A DNA stretch of 64,000 nucleotides. Source: Patescibacteria group bacterium (lineage in GTDB: Bacteria; Patescibacteriota; Minisyncoccia; Phycocordibacterales; CAIZLB01). The stretch is from NCBI GenBank assembly GCA_040384445.1, contig JAZKJG010000002.1, positions 90,087 through 154,086 of the forward strand. The letters run 5' to 3'. Shown in pieces: positions 57,838 through 64,000 of the stretch. The notes under the pieces were generated by a model, which was given only the letters and a program-made list of their open reading frames with translations, was not told where the DNA came from and did not search any database. Position 1 is the first letter of the stretch. Each line of letters starts with the position of its first letter. Position numbers and translations under genes: made by a program.

Positions 57838-60330
57838 GTGTATATGTTTCCTTCAGATTATAAAAAAAATGTGAATAGCCAAGAAGAGGCTGCACGGATA
57901 GAGGAGTTGAAAAAGAAATTGTATTCAGCATCTTCAAAAGATTCTGCAGTACGAGAAAGAGGTTTGCGACAACACAATGTAGACGTCGGAAAAAATTGGG
58001 GAGAAACTGATGCAAAGCAGGCTCGGATTGAAGAAATAAGAGAAAAAACAAGAGAAGAGGCAAAACTTGGATTAGCGTCTGAGAACTCTTTTCACCACGG
58101 ATCAACACTGTACGGACATTTCAGTCCTGCTGAAGATGTAACAAAAAAACAGCAACAGATTAATACTTCTTTTAAACCTACTCAGCACGAAGCACCTACT
58201 CCTGATGGAGAAGAGACGATTGGAAGTTTTTTGTCTGATAAATTTGCAGTAAAGCGAGCTCACAATACTGAAAAGAAACTTGCAGCAACAGATGTAACAT
58301 TACGATATGCATCAGCTCAAATTGAAAGAGAAATGTATCCTGGAATTGCCAAGAAAAAACCCGGTGAGCCAGCTGTGGTTGTTACAGGTACAGCGCCAGA
58401 AAAGCCTATTGTAGAAGAGAATCGGTATCATCCAGATTATAATGTGCTCACAGTTGGAAATACCCACCTCGATAAAATGACTCGAGAAGTGAGACATACA
58501 GGAGAAAAAACTGTAGAGCTTAGCAAGAGAGATAAGAAAGAAAAAACTCTCACAGAGGAAATCACGGTTGAGCAAAAGAAACGATGGGGTTTTGGAATTA
58601 TGTTTTTTGTGACTGTAATTATATTTTTCTTAAGTGCCTTAGGGTATGCATATTATTCACTTGTAACAGGTAAAAATACAATCTCTCCAGATAAGGTTGA
58701 GATTGTTGTGACAGGACCGTTGTCAGTTCGCTCAGGTGAGGTGAATGATTTCTCAATAGATATTACAAATAACAATCCAACAGATCTTACGCTTTCTGAT
58801 CTCGTGATTCAGTATCCACAAGGAACAATGTCTTCTATTGATCCATCGCTCTCTCGTATGTATGAGCGTATAGAAGTGGGAACAATCAAACCAGGAGAGA
58901 CGGTGCGTCGTAAAGCAAGTGCTATATTCTTTGGTGAAGAAAATGTAAAGAAAAATATAACATATGCACTCGAGTTTAGTATTCCAGACTCGGCAAGTAT
59001 TTTTAATGTAACTAAAGATGTAGGTATTGTGATTGCAGGATCTCCAGTAACTGCAAAGATTACAAATATTAAAGAGGTAACAAACAACCAAGAGCTTTCA
59101 TTTGATATTGAAATTCAATCAAACACTCAGGAAGTTGTAAAAAATATTCAGCTGCAAGTAGAGTATCCATTCGGATACAAACTTGAGCAATCAAACATCA
59201 AGCCTGTATTTGATAACAATACATGGAATATTGGAGACCTTGCCGCCCTCGACTCAAAGACAATTTCACTGAAAGGAAAGTTGATCGGAACAAGTAATCT
59301 TGAAAAGAATTTTAGATTTATACTTGGTGTGTATGATAGCAAGACTGGAGAAATGTCTACAGTTCTCTCAACTCAAGATCAAAAGGTAACAATTGAAAAA
59401 CCGTTTGTATCAACGAAGCTATCTCTTGATGGTTTGGTTCAGGAGTTTAAACCTGTGCAATACGAAGATTCAATCCAGGGAGATATTGTATTTACAAACA
59501 ATCTAAACGTCCCAATCACAGACGCAGTGGTTGAAATGTCTATTGGTGGAGTGCTTATAGATAGAATGAGTGTTAAGGCTAATAATGGATTCTATAGATC
59601 AAGTGACGATTTGGTCTTTTGGGATAAGGCTCAAGAGGCAAAATTAGCAAGTATAGATCCAGGTGAATCAAGAGAGCTTAACTTTAACATGATGGTTATC
59701 AAATCAAGACAGAGTCTTATTGATACACTTCGACGAGCAGGGTCTACTCTTACTGTAACCATAAAAGCTAAGCGATTGAACGAAAACAGGGTGCCAGAGG
59801 AGGTTACGTCAGTTATTAAACAAGAACTAAGACTTGAGACTGATCCGACTTTTGAGGCAGGTATTGCGCATAAGTATGGTCCATTTACAAACACAGGAGC
59901 ATTCCCTCCAAAGGTAAATGCAGAAACTACATATACATTTCTGGCGAGAATTACAAATACTGCAAATACACTCAGACAAACAACATTTTCAGCAAAACTT
60001 CCTCCAAACGCAGTATGGAAAAATGTATACTCAAAAGATATTCCAGCATCTACTGTAAGTTATAGTCAAAGCAAAAGAGAAATTACAATACAACTAGGTG
60101 ATATTAACGCAGGTACAGGCATTGATTCAGCTCCACGAGATTTTTTCTTTCAACTAGGATTCACGCCAACGTTGCCTGAGCTCGGTAAAGCGCCTACTAT
60201 CATATTATCTCCACGAATTAGTGGTGTAGATGTATTTACAAACAGAAGAATCGATAGGGGAATTGATGGATTAAATATTATCCCTACGGCAGATATTGGA
60301 AATGTAGGTAAAGGAAGTGTTGTAGAATAA
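57838..60330 (+). CDS. Large single-TM protein with multiple Ig-like extracellular domains
   Basis: Long cytoplasmic N-terminus, TM helix, repeated beta-sandwich motifs (YP.G, W.IG.L, PP.V..ETTY). Confidence 0.7.
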   Translation: MYMFPSDYKKNVNSQEEAARIEELKKKLYSASSKDSAVRERGLRQHNVDVGKNWGETDAKQARIEEIREKTREEAKLGLASENSFHHGSTLYGHFSPAEDVTKKQQQINTSFKPTQHEAPTPDGEETIGSFLSDKFAVKRAHNTEKKLAATDVTLRYASAQIEREMYPGIAKKKPGEPAVVVTGTAPEKPIVEENRYHPDYNVLTVGNTHLDKMTREVRHTGEKTVELSKRDKKEKTLTEEITVEQKKRWGFGIMFFVTVIIFFLSALGYAYYSLVTGKNTISPDKVEIVVTGPLSVRSGEVNDFSIDITNNNPTDLTLSDLVIQYPQGTMSSIDPSLSRMYERIEVGTIKPGETVRRKASAIFFGEENVKKNITYALEFSIPDSASIFNVTKDVGIVIAGSPVTAKITNIKEVTNNQELSFDIEIQSNTQEVVKNIQLQVEYPFGYKLEQSNIKPVFDNNTWNIGDLAALDSKTISLKGKLIGTSNLEKNFRFILGVYDSKTGEMSTVLSTQDQKVTIEKPFVSTKLSLDGLVQEFKPVQYEDSIQGDIVFTNNLNVPITDAVVEMSIGGVLIDRMSVKANNGFYRSSDDLVFWDKAQEAKLASIDPGESRELNFNMMVIKSRQSLIDTLRRAGSTLTVTIKAKRLNENRVPEEVTSVIKQELRLETDPTFEAGIAHKYGPFTNTGAFPPKVNAETTYTFLARITNTANTLRQTTFSAKLPPNAVWKNVYSKDIPASTVSYSQSKREITIQLGDINAGTGIDSAPRDFFFQLGFTPTLPELGKAPTIILSPRISGVDVFTNRRIDRGIDGLNIIPTADIGNVGKGSVVE

Positions 60331-60352
60331 ATCTAAATGGTATACTTGTTGC

Positions 60353-61000
60353 ATGAAAACCAAAACAACATATAGTATTTTATTTATTAGTTTATTAATT
60401 CCAGTAATTTCAGTTCATGCAGTAGAGGTTCAGGCTTCAACAACTGTGAATGTAAAAGGTCCAAGAATGGAGATGAAGCAAGAATTGAAAGCAGAAAGAG
60501 CAGAGACAAGAGCTGATATTAAAGAGTTGCGAACAGAAGCAAAAGCTGAGATTAAGGAAAAAATGGTGGAAATGAAGGCTACATTAAAAGAAGCAAAAGC
60601 AAAAAAGTTAGATGAGCGAGCGAAGGTGAGAGTTGAGGCAAGACTAAATCGAATTTATACTCATTTAGCAAAAAGAATAACTCACTTAGTGAAGGTTGAT
60701 GCAGAAATTACAAAACGATTATCGACTCGAGTAGCATCATCTTCTGTAACTACGTTACATATGGCTGCTAAGACTGCGCTTGTACAGGCAAAACTAGATG
60801 TAGAAGCTACAAAAGCATCATCAACAGTTGCGTTAAATGCTACAACAAGTAATGCAATATTTCGAAGTCTAGTAGAGACTGCAGAAGCAAGTATTAAGAC
60901 TACAGCAGAAGCATACCGAAAAATTGTTCCAGCACTTGCGAAATTACCAAAAATCCAAGTAACTGCCACTACAACAGCAAGTACTACTATTACTAACTAA
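60353..61000 (+). CDS. Exported coiled-coil protein
   Basis: Signal peptide; E/K/A-rich helices. Confidence 0.65.
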   Translation: MKTKTTYSILFISLLIPVISVHAVEVQASTTVNVKGPRMEMKQELKAERAETRADIKELRTEAKAEIKEKMVEMKATLKEAKAKKLDERAKVRVEARLNRIYTHLAKRITHLVKVDAEITKRLSTRVASSSVTTLHMAAKTALVQAKLDVEATKASSTVALNATTSNAIFRSLVETAEASIKTTAEAYRKIVPALAKLPKIQVTATTTASTTITN

Positions 61001-61017
61001 TACTCATATATAATTTT

Positions 61018-61308
61018 ATGGAAAATACACCAATACCAAACCAAGCTCCATTTGCACAAGCGCCTGTAGTAAAGGATAACTCAACAAAGAAGATGGTTAT
61101 CTACACAATTCTACTTGCACTTGCCACAATATTCTGGATTTGGTCACTTAAGTATAACGATACTACACCAATGATGGAAAATGATCAGGCAATTGCTACT
61201 ACGACTATATCAGGAACATCTGAGGAATCTGATCTAGAAGATGAGATTGATGCGAGTCTTGATTCACAAGCAGAGCTTGAATTGAAGGGGATTGATGAGG
61301 AGTTTTAA
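61018..61308 (+). CDS. Small single-TM protein with acidic tail
   Basis: 96-aa ORF followed by a hairpin. Confidence 0.6.
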   Translation: MENTPIPNQAPFAQAPVVKDNSTKKMVIYTILLALATIFWIWSLKYNDTTPMMENDQAIATTTISGTSEESDLEDEIDASLDSQAELELKGIDEEF

Positions 61309-61371
61309 TGCCTAAAAAGTCTAGCCCTGTGCATTCGCACGGGGCTTTTCTTATGCTATAGTAACCACATC

Positions 61372-62754
61372 ATGAATACAGACAAAAAGGTAAGTATGGA
61401 AGATATTATCTCTCTATGTAAGCGACGAGGGTTCATTTATCAAGGTTCTGAGATCTATGGAGGGTTGGCTGGTACTTGGGATTACGGCCCTCTTGGAGTA
61501 ATGCTTAAAGATTCTATCAAGAGACTCTGGTGGAAGCGTTTTGTTGATGACAGACTTGATATGTATGGGGTTGATGCGGCACTACTTATGAATCCTAAGG
61601 TGTGGGTGTCTTCAGGACACGTTGGAGGGTTTGCTGATCCACTTATTGAGGATTTGAAAACTAAAAAACGATATCGAGCAGATCATTTGCTTGAAGAAGC
61701 TGGTCTTGTGTGTGCAGGTAAAACTCCAACAGAGATGACAGAGATGTTTGTTGCAAATGCTATTAAAAGTCCAGAAGGAAATCCTCTTGGAGAAGTTCGA
61801 CAATTTAACATGATGTTCAAAACAAACATTGGTGCTATTGAGTCAGATGAAAATATTTCATACTTGAGACCTGAAACTGCACAGGGAATGTTTGTGAACT
61901 TTAAAAATATTCAAGATACTTTTCACCCAAAACTTCCTTTTGGTATGGCACAGATTGGGAAAGCTTTTAGAAATGAGATTGCTCCAAGAGATTTTGTGTT
62001 TCGAGTTCGAGAGTTTGAGCAGATGGAGATTGAGTATTTTGTAAAACCAGAAAACTGGACTACTTCATTTGAAGAACTACGAAAAGAAGTTTGGAATTTT
62101 ACACAGGATGTTGGTCTTGATCAATCTAAGGTTCATGAGTTAGAAATAGGGGATGGAGATAGAGCTCACTATAGCGCGCGAACAATAGACTTTGAATATG
62201 ATTTTCCATTTGGAAAAAAAGAGTTGTATGGATTAGCATACCGAACTGATTTTGATTTGAAAGCACATACTGAAGGATCAAAGGTTGATTTGTCATATTT
62301 TGATGAAGAAGCTAAAGAGAGATATATCCCACATTGTATTGAGCCATCATTTGGGCTTGATAGAACCATTCTTGCTGTTCTTGCAACAGCATACGAGACA
62401 GATAACCTAGGAGGAGAGGAAAGAGTATATTTGAAATTATCTCCAGCAGTAGCACCATACCGAGTTGCTGTATTTCCATTACTAAAAAATAAAGAAGAGT
62501 TAACAGATAAGGCAAAGGAGGTTTGGAAAAAACTAAGAGAAGTAGCGACTTCAAAAGGTTTGTCAGCCGCAAAGATTTTGTATGACGAAGCGGGAAGTAT
62601 TGGAAAGCGATACCGACGACAGGATGAGATAGGAACACCTCTATGTGTGACAGTTGATTTTGATACGCTGGAGAAAGGGACGGTGACTGTGAGAGATCGA
62701 GATAGTGGGGAGCAGAAAACTGTATTAATAGATGACTTGGGTGATATAATTTAA
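61372..62754 (+). CDS. glyQS: Glycine--tRNA ligase (alpha2, class IIa)
   Basis: KRRGF, YLRPETAQG, FRNEI, REFEQME, IEPSFG, IGKRYRRQDEIGTP. Confidence 0.96.
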   Translation: MNTDKKVSMEDIISLCKRRGFIYQGSEIYGGLAGTWDYGPLGVMLKDSIKRLWWKRFVDDRLDMYGVDAALLMNPKVWVSSGHVGGFADPLIEDLKTKKRYRADHLLEEAGLVCAGKTPTEMTEMFVANAIKSPEGNPLGEVRQFNMMFKTNIGAIESDENISYLRPETAQGMFVNFKNIQDTFHPKLPFGMAQIGKAFRNEIAPRDFVFRVREFEQMEIEYFVKPENWTTSFEELRKEVWNFTQDVGLDQSKVHELEIGDGDRAHYSARTIDFEYDFPFGKKELYGLAYRTDFDLKAHTEGSKVDLSYFDEEAKERYIPHCIEPSFGLDRTILAVLATAYETDNLGGEERVYLKLSPAVAPYRVAVFPLLKNKEELTDKAKEVWKKLREVATSKGLSAAKILYDEAGSIGKRYRRQDEIGTPLCVTVDFDTLEKGTVTVRDRDSGEQKTVLIDDLGDII

Positions 62755-62758
62755 TTAT

Positions 62759-63040
62759 ATGAAACCTTCAAATACTGCGTATAGATTAAGTGTAATTTTT
62801 GTTACAGGAGTTATATCTACAATAGTGTTATTCCTAGTAAACTTTTTGCATCAGTCTTTATCTCCTATGGAAAATTTGCTTGCAAATTCAGCTTATGTAT
62901 TTATTGCCCTAGGGGTTATTCGAGTAGTAATAGGGAATAATGATATGGAATCTCAAGTATATAAGACTAATAACATGCTTTATTGGGTATGCTTAAGTGT
63001 TATTGTTATTAGCTTTATACTAGCTAGTTTTGGATTGTAA
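62759..63040 (+). CDS. Hypothetical three-TM membrane protein
   Basis: Hydrophobic 93-aa ORF. Confidence 0.55.
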   Translation: MKPSNTAYRLSVIFVTGVISTIVLFLVNFLHQSLSPMENLLANSAYVFIALGVIRVVIGNNDMESQVYKTNNMLYWVCLSVIVISFILASFGL

Positions 63041-63059
63041 TCCATAGTACACTCACTCC

Positions 63060-64000
63060 ATGAATGTACCCAAACCAAAGAAGCTCACGAACGGTCTACG
63101 ATATTTAATCGTACCCACTGACAGTCAAACTGTGTCTGTCTCGGTCCTTGTAAAAACAGGATCAGCTTACGAAACAAAGAAGGAAAATGGTATCGCTCAC
63201 TTCCTTGAGCATATGATGTTCAAGGGGACTAAGAAGAGACTCAGCTCAAAAGACATTGCAATCGACTTTGAAAAGATCGGTGCATTTAACAACGCCTTTA
63301 CATCACATACGATGACAGGGTATTGGGCAAAATCTCAAAAGGATCATGCACATACTATTCTTGAGATTCTTTCTGACATTTACAATAATGCGCAGTTTAG
63401 AAATGTAGAGATTGAAAAAGAGAAAGGTGTAGTGCTTCAGGAGATGGCGATGTATGAAGATATGCCACAAGATAAGGTTTCTACAATGTTTGATGCGTTG
63501 ATATATCCAGATCAACCCCATGGTCGAAGTGTGTTAGGTACAAAAGAGACCGTAAGTTCTCTTACTGAACAACAACTCAGAAAATTTTACGATACTCATT
63601 ATGGAAGAGAGCGAACCTGGATTATTATTTCAGGAGGAGTTGATGGGGCTGCAATAGAAAAAGATATTAAAAAATATTTCCAAAGTAAAAATGATGTTGC
63701 GATGCAATCTGCAACAGATGTTCCTGAACCAAAGATTTCAAAAAAGGGAAGTAAATATTCCTTGTTCGAAAAGAAAACAGATCAAGTCCACTTAATTATC
63801 GGAATGGAAGCAGAAGGATTGGAACATACTGATAAATTTACATATAATCTTCTTGCAACAATTTTAGGTAGAGGTATGAGTTCTAGACTATTTATGAAAA
63901 TGCGTGAAGAACTTGGTATTTGTTATTATGCAAATGCAGGGTACTCTGCCTCTACTCTCAAGGCAGGGCAATTTGCACTTAATGCTGGAGTGGATGTCAA
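63060..64000 (+). CDS. M16 (pitrilysin-family) zinc peptidase, 3'-truncated by window edge
   Basis: Translated by hand: MNVPKPKKLTNGL...GIAHFLEHMMFKGT (HXXEH), NAFTS. Confidence 0.92.
   Translation, partial: MNVPKPKKLTNGLRYLIVPTDSQTVSVSVLVKTGSAYETKKENGIAHFLEHMMFKGTKKRLSSKDIAIDFEKIGAFNNAFTSHTMTGYWAKSQKDHAHTILEILSDIYNNAQFRNVEIEKEKGVVLQEMAMYEDMPQDKVSTMFDALIYPDQPHGRSVLGTKETVSSLTEQQLRKFYDTHYGRERTWIIISGGVDGAAIEKDIKKYFQSKNDVAMQSATDVPEPKISKKGSKYSLFEKKTDQVHLIIGMEAEGLEHTDKFTYNLLATILGRGMSSRLFMKMREELGICYYANAGYSASTLKAGQFALNAGVDV

Noticed and set aside
1-64000. Genetic code 25 (TGA=Gly) as in Gracilibacteria/Absconditabacteria
   Set aside because: Conserved genes are full length under code 11 with no in-frame TGA.

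Overview
AT-rich, gene-dense bacterial chromosome segment using the standard code (TGA is a stop). It most likely comes from a Patescibacteria/CPR (Parcubacteria-like) organism: two type IV pilus clusters, split ComEC, alpha2-type GlyRS, rplK not followed by rplA, IleRS with an inserted histidine-phosphatase domain, and many orphan ORFs. Core genes include pilB/pilC/pilins, tpiA, pgk, recJ, rnhA, a superoxide dismutase, rpmB, rpsL-rpsG, fusA, rpsT, ruvX, pilM(NO), secE-nusG-rplK, argS, ileS, recO, glyQS and four tRNAs (Ser, Arg, Val, Leu). I see no prophage, IS element or CRISPR array. The two best leads are: (1) a locus inserted between rpsG and fusA encoding an Lgt-like diacylglyceryl transferase, a membrane protein with a C-terminal lipobox-like Cys, a tetraether-synthase (Tes/MJ0619)-family radical SAM enzyme and an adjacent DUF4105 protein, which together suggest a lipid or lipoprotein modification system; and (2) a roughly 370-nt minus-strand transcription unit (about 20074-19706) with a near-consensus promoter, a terminator, no credible ORF and three tandem H-type pseudoknots, a candidate new structured ncRNA. 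All protein family calls come from recognising motifs by eye, not from database searches.
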